IMG/VR virus record: IMGVR_UViG_3300006802_000116
Span: 1 to 55,998 of that record
Origin: a virus
Taxonomy: Duplodnaviria > Caudoviricetes
DNA: 55,998 nt
Strand: one strand, 5' to 3'
The position numbers and the translations under genes were made by a program. The notes beneath the pieces were generated by a model, which made no database searches, was not told the origin of the DNA, and worked only from the letters and a program-made list of their open reading frames with translations. Shown piece after piece: positions 1 through 9,532 of this stretch; position 1 is the first letter of the stretch, and each line of letters starts with the position of its first letter.

Positions 1-179
1 ACCTCTTACAAGGGAAGAGAGAGCGGCGCGATGCTCCTCATCGGTGTACCCATGGGCGGGGGCGAGCAGGTAGACCTCGCCATCGATGGTGTCGACCAGT
101 GGCATGAGCCGGCGTAGTTGCTGGGCGTAGAGATGGGCGAGTTTGGCGACGGGCATGACAGTCGAGGAATCGGGCTAGC

Positions 180-497
180 GTGAAACAAAACGTGAGAGAC
201 GCGATGCACCCGCACCAGTTGGAGCGAGACAGTGATCGCGGCTTTGAGCCGACGGTGGACGAACACCTGCGCTTGGGTCGCTTTATCGCGGCGCTGGATC
301 AGGCCAGCGAGTCGGAGCTCAGGCAGATCGCCAAGATGATGGCGCAGCAGGTGCTGATGACCTACCCGGCGGCCATGCGCTGGCTAGCTAAAGAGGCTGC
401 GCGGAATCTAGGGGGAGGTGCGTGGAGGGAGGAAGCGTCGGAGCGTCTACTGGAGGCACTGCAATCGCCAGCGAATGAGGGGCGATCGTACGAATAA
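180..497 (+). CDS. Small helical protein, possibly a divergent NblA-like phycobilisome degradation protein
   Basis: Two-helix pattern PTVDEHLRLGRFIAALDQASESELRQIAKMMAQQVLM...MRWL loosely matches NblA spacing; weak similarity judged by eye. Confidence 0.35.
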   Translation: MKQNVRDAMHPHQLERDSDRGFEPTVDEHLRLGRFIAALDQASESELRQIAKMMAQQVLMTYPAAMRWLAKEAARNLGGGAWREEASERLLEALQSPANEGRSYE

Positions 498-652
498 ACG
501 ACGGTGATGTGAGGATATGCACAAACTGCATAAAACCACCGTCCACGTGTAGCGCAGAGCACCACTTGGACGCAAAAGCAGCGCCAGATCGAGCCTCTAG
601 CGCTGCTGCAGGTTGCGGCATTGTGCTGCAACGACGCATGTTTGGTGGTGAT

Positions 653-1363
653 TTACCAACCAGCGGCCGGCATAGCCTCCAGATCAGGGGCCGTAGCGAC
701 CTCGTGATCGGCGCCCATCGGGTCCCGGTGCGTGGGTGGCAGACCCTCGGGGCGAGCGGTGGCGGGCTTGCCGGAGAACGGATCAGCGCCGACATAGAGG
801 GCGGGCAGCCAGATCGATTCCGCCACTTCGGCCCAGCGCTTCTCGTCCGCCTTGGTCGGCGCCTTAAGGGTGGGCGTCAGGTGCCAGTTGGTGTTGAGCC
901 CTTCGCCGGCGCGCTTGATCGTGGCGTAGAAGTTGAACATGCCCGAGGGCAGCGGCTGCTTGTAGTCCTCCATGTCGAGCACGGTCTCGAGCTGCTCGCG
1001 CAGTTTCTTCTGGTTGATCGTGAAGACCATGAACTCATCGCTCTCCTTGACCAGGGCGCAGAAGGAGAGGAAATACTGGGGCTTGTCCTTCTCGCCGGTG
1101 CCCTTGGTGCGGCCCTCGTAGGTCAGGCCGATGTCCTCGAGGTAGCCCTCAGGGAACTTGGGGAAGCGGCGCGGCTTGCCTTCGGCGGTGAAATACTGCC
1201 AGCCGGCAATCACGTGGCCGCTGTCGTGGGTGCCGCAGAGGCGGAAGGTGACGGACTCGCCGTCTTTGATGCGCTTGGTCTCGAAGTAGCGGTTCTTGCG
1301 GTCGTGGCCGGTGGATTCGGGGGCGGCGGTAGCGGCGCGGTAGTCAGTCGGGAAGAAGCTCAT
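653..1363 (-). CDS. Phage ssDNA-binding/annealing protein (putative)
   Basis: 236 aa, strong phage codon bias, YFETKRIKDGESVTFRL N-terminus, low-complexity/acidic tail, adjacent to SSB. Confidence 0.55.
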   Translation of the reverse strand: MSFFPTDYRAATAAPESTGHDRKNRYFETKRIKDGESVTFRLCGTHDSGHVIAGWQYFTAEGKPRRFPKFPEGYLEDIGLTYEGRTKGTGEKDKPQYFLSFCALVKESDEFMVFTINQKKLREQLETVLDMEDYKQPLPSGMFNFYATIKRAGEGLNTNWHLTPTLKAPTKADEKRWAEVAESIWLPALYVGADPFSGKPATARPEGLPPTHRDPMGADHEVATAPDLEAMPAAGW

Positions 1364-1383
1364 GATCAGGCGAGGGAAGTGGG

Positions 1384-2058
1384 TTACCAGATGGCAGGCA
1401 TGTCCGGGCAGCTGAGCCCGTCGGGTTCGGTGAAGTCCTCGTGCGCGTAGCCGACGGCGGTGCTGCCGGCAGCGGGGCCGCTGGAAGCCCCTCCGCCTTT
1501 GCTGTTGCCGTGGACGCGCAGGACGCGCACCTTGACTTCGCAGTAGGGGCTGCCTTCGCGGTTGGTGCGCTGCTCGAGCGTGCCGTTGATGGAGACCAGG
1601 GCCCCCTTGCCGGCTTTCTCGAGGCGGTCCTTGGCGGCACCGTAGCCGCGCAGCTTAAACCAGTCGGTGTGCTCTTTGTCCGCGACGTAGCGGTTGACGG
1701 CCAAGGTGCGGGTAGCGGACTTGCCGGACTCGCTGGACTTGGCTTCGTTGGTGAGGCGGCCGACGAGGGTGACCTCGTTGACGTACTGGTCGCGGGTGGC
1801 ATCGCACAGCACAAAGGCGGCGAGTTGAGGGACGTTGTTGTCGTCATCGAGAGTCAACGACCCCGATGCGAGGAGAACATCCCCGGGCTGTTTGACGGCG
1901 AAGGCCTTGGCGACAGCGGAGTTAGCGGTGCAGCGGAGTAGGACATTGACCGGGTCGCGGCCAACGGTGGCGGCGAAGGCTTCGAGAGCTTCGCGTCCAT
2001 CTACTTGTGCACCAACAGGCGCTGCCGCCAGGGCCACAACGAGCGTTGCGGTACTCAC
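1384..2058 (-). CDS. ssb: Single-stranded DNA-binding protein, probably with two tandem OB folds
   Basis: C-terminal half VNEVTLVGRLT...TLAVNR...TDWF...KGALVSINGTLEQR is a classic SSB OB fold; N-terminal half (KQPGDVLLASGSL) looks like a second OB fold. Confidence 0.8.
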   Translation of the reverse strand: MSTATLVVALAAAPVGAQVDGREALEAFAATVGRDPVNVLLRCTANSAVAKAFAVKQPGDVLLASGSLTLDDDNNVPQLAAFVLCDATRDQYVNEVTLVGRLTNEAKSSESGKSATRTLAVNRYVADKEHTDWFKLRGYGAAKDRLEKAGKGALVSINGTLEQRTNREGSPYCEVKVRVLRVHGNSKGGGASSGPAAGSTAVGYAHEDFTEPDGLSCPDMPAIW

Positions 2059-2144
2059 AAGTGCGTGCTGGGGCGCACGTCACGCTAGCCACGTCGTGCG
2101 GCTTGGAAACCGGAAGAAAAGGTTGGGATCTTGCGGGCCCCGAT

Positions 2145-2765
2145 CTAGGGATTGGCGGCAAAGTCCTGCACCCACTGCGGCAGGGGCGGCACCGGCTGGG
2201 CGGTCTGCGGCATCACCAGGATCATCACGTCAAGTCCCTCACCATGCAGGCGCAGGGGTCCGCCATCGAAGGCGCTGAGGACCAGCGATTCGCAGAGGTG
2301 CCCGGCGGACTTAATCGCCTTCTCGAGGTAGAGCGTGTCGTAGCGCCCGGCGGTGCTGCTGAGGGCGGGGGTGGCGGACCAGCGCTGGATGCAGGCGGAC
2401 ACGGCGCGATCGAGCGGCGGGAAGGGGGCGGTGGCGTAGCTGATCGGGAACCGTTTGACCTCCGAGCTGGTGGTCTTGCGGTAGGTCGTGACCGCTGCGG
2501 TGTCCCCGTCAATGCGCACGTCCCGCTCAGCACTCTTGATGCCCGCGCAGGCACGCAGTAAATCAGGGGAGGCGAGGATGTCGCAGGCTTGATCGCCGCG
2601 TCCTTTGGCGTCGTAGCCGAGCATCGACACCTTGCCGCCATCGCTGGCAGCCACCAGCACCCCCTGCAGATGGGGCTGCAGGTGCACGCTCTGGTAGGGG
2701 GCATAAGGGCCAGTGAAGGCGCCAGCTAGGGCGAGCAGGGCGGAGTTGAACTGCAGCATGTGCAC
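2145..2765 (-). CDS. DNA polymerase III beta-clamp-like protein (truncated/divergent)
   Basis: VAASDG..., PFPPLDRAV and terminal ILVMP echo the ATDG / FP.y.rvi / LiMP motifs of beta clamp; only 206 aa. Confidence 0.5.
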   Translation of the reverse strand: MHMLQFNSALLALAGAFTGPYAPYQSVHLQPHLQGVLVAASDGGKVSMLGYDAKGRGDQACDILASPDLLRACAGIKSAERDVRIDGDTAAVTTYRKTTSSEVKRFPISYATAPFPPLDRAVSACIQRWSATPALSSTAGRYDTLYLEKAIKSAGHLCESLVLSAFDGGPLRLHGEGLDVMILVMPQTAQPVPPLPQWVQDFAANP

Positions 2766-2962
2766 TAGGCCGAGGTCACAAGCAGCGCCGTGCCGCTGAG
2801 ATGGGCGGTCTGGGGAATCCAGCGCCAGGTGTAGTGGAGATTGTTCTTGCGCATCAGCGCATTGGCAGGCTCGAGCTCATCGAGGGCGAGCATCGGCTGC
2901 CAGGCGGGATCGATGGGTTCACCGGTGGCGGTGTCGACCATCTGCGCACGGCGGTGCGTCAT
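2765..2962 (-). CDS. Hypothetical protein
   Basis: 65-aa ORF abutting the next gene in the minus-strand run. Confidence 0.55.
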   Translation of the reverse strand: MTHRRAQMVDTATGEPIDPAWQPMLALDELEPANALMRKNNLHYTWRWIPQTAHLSGTALLVTSA

Positions 2963-3246
2963 ACCAGGATGGCGTGGCCCCTCAAGCTAGGGAGCGCAGA
3001 AGGTGAAGAGTTTTTGCTGATCGCCTGAGCTGAATAGACTGGAGGCGATGCACCAGGGGCCATGGATGCGCATGAAATGGACCTGCTGGATCGCGCCTAT
3101 CTGCGGCGATCGGAGCTGCTGAGTCAGGCGGACGTGCGCTGGGTGCGGATGGTGATCGAGCCGCGCGGTGTGCTGCTGACAATTGGCGAACGCGATGGCG
3201 GCGAGCGCAGCGAGCACCTGAGCCGCGCCCCTGGCAGGGAATAGCG

Positions 3247-3507
3247 ATGCCGACCTGGCTGTGGCGATCGATCGTCGGTGTCTCTGGGACAATCGCCCTA
3301 CTGGCGGTGCTGCAATGGGGGAGTTGCACCTACTACGTGATGCCCAAGATCTGGCCCTGGTATGCGCGCTATCGCGGGACGGATGTCGGGAAAGAGGTGC
3401 AAATGCCTCAGATTGGATGCGAGGATGCCAGTGGTCGATCCGTGGCGTCGTTGATGGCGTTGCTGACGACGCTGATATCGCTTAGCCGGCAAGCACGTGA
3501 TGACTAA
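3247..3507 (+). CDS. Small membrane protein
   Basis: Two hydrophobic segments; part of a plus-strand island (with 3062..3244 and 3497..3799) downstream of TAGACT at 3035. Confidence 0.55.
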   Translation: MPTWLWRSIVGVSGTIALLAVLQWGSCTYYVMPKIWPWYARYRGTDVGKEVQMPQIGCEDASGRSVASLMALLTTLISLSRQARDD

Positions 3508-3799
3508 ATCTGAGGGCTCGGGTATAGCAGTGGTGACAGCGGACTTGAGCGGCCATGAGCCCGTGGCCTGCCATACGCAAGACGGCCTGACGATTTGCTA
3601 CTACGACGTCGAGGGGCAGGCGTACCTGGACTTCAACTGGCAGAACGGCAGCGAGTGGGACGTGCTGGCCAATGAAGAGACGCTGCGCCAGGTGTCGTGT
3701 GACCTGATGCAGCGTCTGACGGGGCGTGCCTACGTCGCAGCGGATGAATGGGACGTCTTGCTGGCGGGCGACGAGTCAGGCGAGGCCAGCGCGTTGTAA
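3497..3799 (+). CDS. Hypothetical protein
   Basis: Acidic 100-aa ORF overlapping the upstream stop. Confidence 0.55.
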   Translation: MMTKSEGSGIAVVTADLSGHEPVACHTQDGLTICYYDVEGQAYLDFNWQNGSEWDVLANEETLRQVSCDLMQRLTGRAYVAADEWDVLLAGDESGEASAL

Positions 3800-4141
3800 G
3801 TAGGGCTCCAGCAGCGCGAGCCATTGCTGGGCACTCCAACAGCGGCCACTGCGGCGATTCAGGGTGCGAGTGGGTGAGCTGATGCCCAGCCGGAGCCCGG
3901 CGGCTTCATGAGGCAGGATGGCGCCGAACGCCAACAGCTCGCTGCGCCGTAGCTGCAGCTCAGCGGCTCCAGCGGGAGGTGTCACAGGGGTAGCGGAAGC
4001 GGCCGCCATGGCTGTAGCGGATGTGGAAGGGGATGGCATTGTCGCGGCAGGTAGTGATGATGTCGCGCAGTGTCTGCCCGTCGCGCAGTTCGAAGCTGGC
4101 GTCGGCGATGGGGTGATCGGGGTAGTGGATTTGCATGGCAA

Positions 4142-4342
4142 TCAGGAGTCAGCGAGCAGTTGCTCGACTTCGTGGCGCAACCAGTCGGCGGTTTCACCGG
4201 GATCGAGGTCGAGGCCCTGAGCGCCGCGCTGTTCGATGTGATCGGCGATCAGGGAGAGGATGGCCGCCAGCTGGTCCGTACTGGGAGCTCGATAGGAGAG
4301 CTGCGGCTGGAGGGCTAGCTCCCGCCAGAGGGGGCTGGTCAT
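4142..4342 (-). CDS. Hypothetical protein
   Basis: 66 aa, ATGA-coupled to the upstream gene. Confidence 0.6.
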   Translation of the reverse strand: MTSPLWRELALQPQLSYRAPSTDQLAAILSLIADHIEQRGAQGLDLDPGETADWLRHEVEQLLADS

Positions 4343-4539
4343 GGGCTGCCCTCCAGCTCAGTCGCGACAACAATGGCGCTACGGCGCTCGGAACCGCAAC
4401 TCGGGCAGAAGTTGAAACGATGGCGGGTGCCCTTCAGGTGGGGCATTCGATACGTGCCTTCTGTATCTACGAACCAGTTCGCAGAATCTGCCCAGCTTTC
4501 CCAGGCTTCGCAGCAGGGAGGTGTAGTTTGCTCAGTCAT
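4339..4539 (-). CDS. Small Cys-containing (FNFCPSCG) zinc-ribbon-like protein
   Basis: CC and CPxCG motifs; ends ...ATELEGSP. Confidence 0.6.
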   Translation of the reverse strand: MTEQTTPPCCEAWESWADSANWFVDTEGTYRMPHLKGTRHRFNFCPSCGSERRSAIVVATELEGSP

Positions 4540-4714
4540 TAGAGCCCTCCAGCTCGGCGGCGATGGCTTGAATCTCTTCTAGGTCTTGATTAAACTTGAC
4601 ATAATGTCCGCAGTTGTCGCAATGAAGATCACCAAAGATGGCGTCATTTAGATCAAGGGCTTTGTAGTGACCTTTGCCGCATCGGACGCATGTTGCGCCT
4701 GTATTGTTAGTCAT
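4532..4714 (-). CDS. Small zinc-ribbon protein (CxxC...CxxC)
   Basis: Likely start MTNNTGATCVRCGKG at 4714; HCDNCG; ends IAAELEGSND. Confidence 0.6.
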   Translation of the reverse strand: MTNNTGATCVRCGKGHYKALDLNDAIFGDLHCDNCGHYVKFNQDLEEIQAIAAELEGSND

Positions 4715-5189
4715 TGGCACCCTCCAGCTCGGCGGCGATGGCGAGGAGCGCAGCACGGATAGAGGGCACTGGCTCGCTTGGCCAGATCTTGGATCCTCCA
4801 GGTGTTGTCTCGTATTCCGGCACCACCTGATCCGCAGCAGCACGCAGGGCGGCGGCGATGCTGGGGCAATCACGCAAGTCAGGCACAGCACGGAACGCAT
4901 CCAGCACCGCCTGGGCGGACTTGGTCAGCGTTTCTTCCGCCAAGCTCAGTGGCTTAGGACGCATGATTTGCCTCAGTGCATCACCAGAGGGCGAAACAAT
5001 GAGCTCGTGAGTATACAAAGCGTTTGAGTCCAGCCACTTAGCGTCTTGTTTAAGCTGCTGATCAGCTCCCCAGCGGGCTGCTTGGGTGGCGATGTAACCA
5101 GCGATGCCAAGCTCGTCATCTTCTGGGCTGTCCTCCAGCCACTGCTGCACCAGCTCCGGTGGTGGGGTGATCGGGCGGTTAGTTGTCAT
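4707..5189 (-). CDS. Hypothetical phage protein
   Basis: 160 aa, ITPPPELVQQW...AARWGADQ pattern; ends IAAELEGAND. Confidence 0.65.
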   Translation of the reverse strand: MTTNRPITPPPELVQQWLEDSPEDDELGIAGYIATQAARWGADQQLKQDAKWLDSNALYTHELIVSPSGDALRQIMRPKPLSLAEETLTKSAQAVLDAFRAVPDLRDCPSIAAALRAAADQVVPEYETTPGGSKIWPSEPVPSIRAALLAIAAELEGAND

Positions 5190-5382
5190 CAGTTTTCTCC
5201 AAGTTGGAAGCTGTCAGCTCTGCCCACGCCAACAGGTCACGCACGCGGACCAGTTGCTCGCCGGCGGTGGTGTGTGTTACGCGCCAATGGCAATCGGCGG
5301 TGTCCTTGAGGGCTGCGTGAATGACGGCACGCACCAATTGAGCGCGTACCTGATTGAAGCTATGCCAGTCGTTTTCAGTCAT
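5179..5382 (-). CDS. Hypothetical protein
   Basis: Coupled ORF in the minus-strand array. Confidence 0.55.
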   Translation of the reverse strand: MTENDWHSFNQVRAQLVRAVIHAALKDTADCHWRVTHTTAGEQLVRVRDLLAWAELTASNLEKTDDN

Positions 5383-5677
5383 GGGTTGTATCGGTAGGGA
5401 GAGATGAGCGGCGAACCGTCAGGAGATAGTCCGCAGTGCGCTGCCGATCGGCAGGCGGAATGATGTGGCAGTGGGTGATCTGCGCGCAGCAGAGCAGGCG
5501 TTCGCGCTCGGTAATGAGAGCAGCAAACCGCCGCAGCTTGTCCATCTGCTCGCGCTCCAGCTCGCTCCAGCCCGCAGAGATGTCGTCGGCCGAGTGATCT
5601 GGGTCCACCAGGGACCAGCAGGTGGGCAGGCACAGCCCGGCGGTGAGGGCGGCTTCGAGGATTTGGCGATCAGTCAT
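5375..5677 (-). CDS. Hypothetical protein
   Basis: Coupled ORF in the minus-strand array. Confidence 0.55.
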   Translation of the reverse strand: MTDRQILEAALTAGLCLPTCWSLVDPDHSADDISAGWSELEREQMDKLRRFAALITERERLLCCAQITHCHIIPPADRQRTADYLLTVRRSSLPTDTTHD

Positions 5678-5873
5678 GGCCCCAGCGCGAGAGGATCAGG
5701 CGGGAAGCGATCAGGAAGTCCTGCAGATCGATGTGCGCCTTGGAGAAGACAAGGGAGGCGTGCTGATGGAACACTTCCTCGAGCTGCGTATCGGTCGGCG
5801 CGGAGGGCGCCGGGGTAGTGGATGGGTCAGTCATTGAGGTAAAGAACACCAAGAGCGATGGCCCAGACGACCA

Positions 5874-6677
5874 TCAGGGCGGCGAGGGTGATGTCAGGGC
5901 GCACGATGAGACGGAAGTGAGCGGGCGAACCGGCCGCTGGTGCGAGTAGCCGCTGAACAGTCCGGCGCTGCGGCGTGCCTGAATGGCTCGACCGGCCTCA
6001 GAGCCCTTCGGCTGGGTGCCGTGGACGAGGTGGGCGAAGTGCTGCGGCGTCGCGCTGTAAGCTAGGGCGTCGCTGAAGTCGACCGGCAGGCCCAGAGCGT
6101 AGGCCTCCTCTTGCGTATTGACCACGCGTGCCGTGCGAGGAAAACGGCCGTCCGTCAGGAGATGGTCATAACGTCCGCCCCAGCTGGCAGTGAGGCGCAG
6201 GTTCTCCGGCAGAGGCAGTGGTTGTTGCCCCTGCAGCCACAGCGGCAGGTTTTTGCTGTAGAGGTAGAAGAGCAGTTGCGGGTGGCGCCGGGCCGTGGCG
6301 ATCAGAGCGTCGCGCAGGGCGATGGTCGGACAGTCGCCGGCGGTGAACCAGCGGACGCGCTCGGTGTAGGCACGGACCTGGGCGCGCAGGGAGAGATCGA
6401 GCAGGTCGGCGATGGCGGTGCTACCGAGGGGGCGGATCAAATCCCAGTTGTGCCAGCGCGCTTGGCGCACGGACGGACGGACCTCCTCGCTGGCGGCGCT
6501 ACAGCGAAACAGGGTGTGCGGTCCGTCCTGCAGGCGACCGGTGCGTGGGTTCACCAAGGCCAGGCACTGGCGAGCGCCGGGGCAGGTGTGCCCAGCCGGC
6601 AGGGCAAAGGTCATGGTGCTGGAGGGCAATTTGGCGTTGCCGTGGCCAAATTTGAGTAGCCGTTGCTGTGCAGGCAT
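5874..6677 (-). CDS. GP88-like phage protein (Cys-containing, radical-SAM-like fold)
   Basis: GNAKL...FALPAGHTCPGA..C, VRW...GD, FYLYSK, P.NLRLTAS motifs typical of the GP88 family. Confidence 0.65.
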   Translation of the reverse strand: MPAQQRLLKFGHGNAKLPSSTMTFALPAGHTCPGARQCLALVNPRTGRLQDGPHTLFRCSAASEEVRPSVRQARWHNWDLIRPLGSTAIADLLDLSLRAQVRAYTERVRWFTAGDCPTIALRDALIATARRHPQLLFYLYSKNLPLWLQGQQPLPLPENLRLTASWGGRYDHLLTDGRFPRTARVVNTQEEAYALGLPVDFSDALAYSATPQHFAHLVHGTQPKGSEAGRAIQARRSAGLFSGYSHQRPVRPLTSVSSCALTSPSPP

Positions 6678-7009
6678 CAGCGGCTCTCGATACTTTTGTT
6701 GGTGATGGTGCGCAGCTGCTCGAGCTGGAACTCACCGATGGCATTGGCGCGGGCCAAGCCGGCCTCGAGTTGGTTGATACCCAGGCGCAGTGCAACCTCG
6801 GTGTTGTCATCGAGGTCGGGTGACGCTTCCTCTTGGTAGTAGGCCAGGAGCCCGAGCAGCTCGTAGTAGAGGATTTCGGCCTGCAGAGCGCAGCGCTCTA
6901 GCTGCTCGAGCACGTGCTGGGGCATCGTGAGCGTGAGACGACGGGGGCGACGGAAATCAGGGTTCGGAGAAAGGATTGCGCACACGGCGATTAGAAGTAA
7001 GGCACGCAA
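6677..7009 (-). CDS. Hypothetical helical protein
   Basis: ORF abutting GP88 start; true start probably the internal Met (MPQHVLEQ). Confidence 0.5.
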   Translation of the reverse strand: MRALLLIAVCAILSPNPDFRRPRRLTLTMPQHVLEQLERCALQAEILYYELLGLLAYYQEEASPDLDDNTEVALRLGINQLEAGLARANAIGEFQLEQLRTITNKSIESR

Positions 7010-7040
7010 AAAGCCGCCCCATGCGTGATGGGACGGCGGG
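7008..7040 (-). terminator. Rho-independent terminator
   Basis: ccgcccc/ggacggcgg hairpin followed by a T-run on the minus strand. Confidence 0.5.
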
Positions 7041-7428
7041 AGGGGACGGGCACTGACGGGCGATTGCGCCTTGCTGCGCCCGAGCTAGAAGAAGACGCGC
7101 ATTAAGGGCGGCGGTTCCGGCGTGCTGCGCTGGTGGGTAATGGCTTGCTCGAGTACAGCGGTAAGGCGGTCAATCTGAGGGCGGTCGGATGGGCGCTCAT
7201 AGCTGTAGGCCAAAAGCGCATCACGCAGCAGGGTCAGGTCGCTAAGTTCCGCTGCAACGAGATGGTCGATTCTGAGCATTGGAAAGGAAGGGTGAGGAGC
7301 GTGTCGAGCTGATGGTCAATCCAGTGCTCGACACGGGTTCGCTGGGAGCCATGCGAGAGGCAGAGGATGGATCCATCAGGCAGGAGGATGTCGATGCGTT
7401 GATTGGAGAGCAGATCAAGTTGCACGAC

Positions 7429-7875
7429 TTAGATGGCGTAGAGATTGCATTCAGAGGCGAATGCAGGATCGAGTTCAGCCTCGGGAAACCCTAGGCGGCA
7501 AGACTCGCTCCAGTGCTGGCATTTGTGGCAATGCTGAAGAGCGCGATCGGTGTTGACATAGATGAGGTCGCGATAGGTGCGCCCCAGGCGGATGTCTGCA
7601 ATCGCACCGCGCGAGACGTTGTAGCGGGATGCGAGTTGTCCGTAGCTGTCTTTGGAAGCGCGGATGGCAGCAATCTCCTTGGGGGAGAAGCGGCGGCGGC
7701 GATGCTCGGTGTATCGGGGTAGGTCAATGCGGATGGCCTGGTGTGTATTGCCGCGGCGTACATCGCTAACGGCCTGCTTGCTGACGCCGAGCCTGGTGGC
7801 CAGACGGGTGTTGCTATCGGCGGAGGTGAGAATGAGCACGACCTGCTCCTCGCCGAGAAGGTCCTTGGTGAGCAT
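7429..7875 (-). CDS. Tandem helix-turn-helix DNA-binding protein with C-terminal Cys cluster
   Basis: Two repeats, LATRLGVSKQAVSDVRRG and LASRYNVSRGAIADIRLG; C-terminal CHKC...C...C. Confidence 0.7.
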   Translation of the reverse strand: MLTKDLLGEEQVVLILTSADSNTRLATRLGVSKQAVSDVRRGNTHQAIRIDLPRYTEHRRRRFSPKEIAAIRASKDSYGQLASRYNVSRGAIADIRLGRTYRDLIYVNTDRALQHCHKCQHWSESCRLGFPEAELDPAFASECNLYAI

Positions 7876-8572
7876 GGATCAGTAGAAGGCGCGCTGACGG
7901 ATTGGATAGCCCTGCTGCTCGAGTTGCTGGATTTCGCGCCGGCAGAGGTAGCGGAGGGCGAAGGCCGCGGGCAGCAGAGAGGTGGCAAGCAGCGCGTGCC
8001 GTTGGGCCAAACCGTGAACGACGGTGGAGACGCGCATCAGGCGATCGAGGCGTGTCTTGGCTCGCAGCAGGGGGTAGAGGCGAAGCATGGCGTCAGGGTC
8101 CAGTGTCAAGTCCGTTGGCGTAGTGGCGCGGCCCTAGCTGCTGACCAACCGGATGGGGAGTGAGTAAGGCTATGGTGAGGGCAAGGAGGGCCGCCAGCTC
8201 AAGCAGCCGTCTGCTGGCGTGCGGTCGTGCTGTGTGGGCGCCGTGCGGTGACGACTCGCTCCTGCGGCATGGCGCCATAGCGCCAGTAGAACCAGAGCCG
8301 GAAGGTGGGAGCGGCCGGATCCCCGGGCGCGGCAATGGCGGCAAGCTTGGCAATGTGCTGCGAGTAGGCATCGATGTCCTGTTCGGAGTAGGGGATAGCG
8401 CGGGGATCGGTCACGGGGGAGGGGTCTCGTGGACGCGGAAGTGCTGCGGCAGGGGACGGCAGGCCGGGCCATCCCTCACCAACGTCGACATTGTGTACGG
8501 CGTGCCGTGCATGCGCAAGAGAAAGGGGCTGTTTTGCAGCCCCTTGTCACGCAGCAGTGGTGGTTCGGTGCC

Positions 8573-8947
8573 TTAGGACACCAGACGGTTGCCAAAGGAC
8601 CAGGGGTAGCCGCAAACCTCCGGCTGCTGATAGGTGCGATATTGCGCCAAACGGCAGATGGAGGACTCGGTCAGGCTGTATTCGCGGGCCAGGCTCAGCA
8701 GTTTTTCGCCTTGGGCGCGTCGCATGCGGATTTGATGCACCTGTTGGTCCGAGAGGAAGGAATGCCCGCGGCCGCGGCGGATTGGGTCCTGCTCGAGCGG
8801 CGGGCGACGCCTGACTCGTCGGATCACGCTGGTGATCGAGACAGGGTGGACGTCAACGATGCGGGCAATGGAGTCGTAGTCGTAGCCCTGGCAGCGGAGG
8901 TGCCAGATGCGGTCCTCGCGTTGGATGGAGATGCGGCGGCGTGGCAT
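8573..8947 (-). CDS. Helix-turn-helix protein
   Basis: GYDYDSIARIVDVHPVSI and LSLAREYSLTESSICRL. Confidence 0.65.
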   Translation of the reverse strand: MPRRRISIQREDRIWHLRCQGYDYDSIARIVDVHPVSITSVIRRVRRRPPLEQDPIRRGRGHSFLSDQQVHQIRMRRAQGEKLLSLAREYSLTESSICRLAQYRTYQQPEVCGYPWSFGNRLVS

Positions 8948-8965
8948 GGCTAGCGTGGGGTGAGT

Positions 8966-9532
8966 TCAGGGTTGGACGGTGCCGTTGATGTAGGTGGTGA
9001 CAGCGCTGCGCTCCAGGCCCAAGGAGGCGAGCAGTCCGTCGGAGATCAGCATGTGAGAGCGGAACTCCGCCAGCGAGGGCTCACTGGTGAAGGTCTCGGT
9101 GAGCAGCTGATGGGCCCGGCCGCGGTAGTAGAGATCGCTCAAGTCGGCGAGCAGTTCCTCGAGGTGACCCATCGAGGCGCGTGTGGCCAGCAGGTGGCGG
9201 CGCATCATCCGGGCCAAGGTGGTTTGCTCTGAGCCGCTGAGCTGGTCATAGGGCTCGCGCTCAAGGGCCAGGCTGCTGAGCTGGTCGTCGAACTGATGCT
9301 CTGCCTCGCAGAGCAGATACATCGCCGAGGTGAGGATCTGGATCAGGTTGGTGCCGTTCTTGGAGCGATGGATCAGTTGCGTCAGGCAGAACTGCAGATC
9401 GCAGGGACCGCCCTCCATCCCGCCGAGATCGACGGACGGAATGCGCTCGCTCTCGGGCAGGAGGTTGTGGGTGCGCAGGAAGGCGCTGAGGGCCTCCGGC
9501 GACACCGCGTCAGGGAAGTGGGAGTCGCTCAC
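8966..9532 (-). CDS. Hypothetical protein
   Basis: 188-aa ORF, GTGA-coupled to the upstream gene. Confidence 0.65.
   Translation of the reverse strand: MSDSHFPDAVSPEALSAFLRTHNLLPESERIPSVDLGGMEGGPCDLQFCLTQLIHRSKNGTNLIQILTSAMYLLCEAEHQFDDQLSSLALEREPYDQLSGSEQTTLARMMRRHLLATRASMGHLEELLADLSDLYYRGRAHQLLTETFTSEPSLAEFRSHMLISDGLLASLGLERSAVTTYINGTVQP

Larger units (their letters stand above)
4338..4742. repeat. Three dispersed direct repeats spanning gene junctions (encode ...AELEG plus the next start)
   Basis: agtcatt-N4-ccctccagctcggcggcgatggc at 4534-4567 and 4709-4742; degenerate copy at 4338-4367. Confidence 0.8.

Noticed and set aside
509-1450. Long antisense or alternative-frame ORFs (e.g. 509..1450 +, 10224..11135 -, 25494..26663 -, 34728..36053 -, 45640..46950 -)
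   Set aside because: These are shadows of real genes in GC-rich DNA, with Arg/Pro/Ala-rich composition and no motifs.
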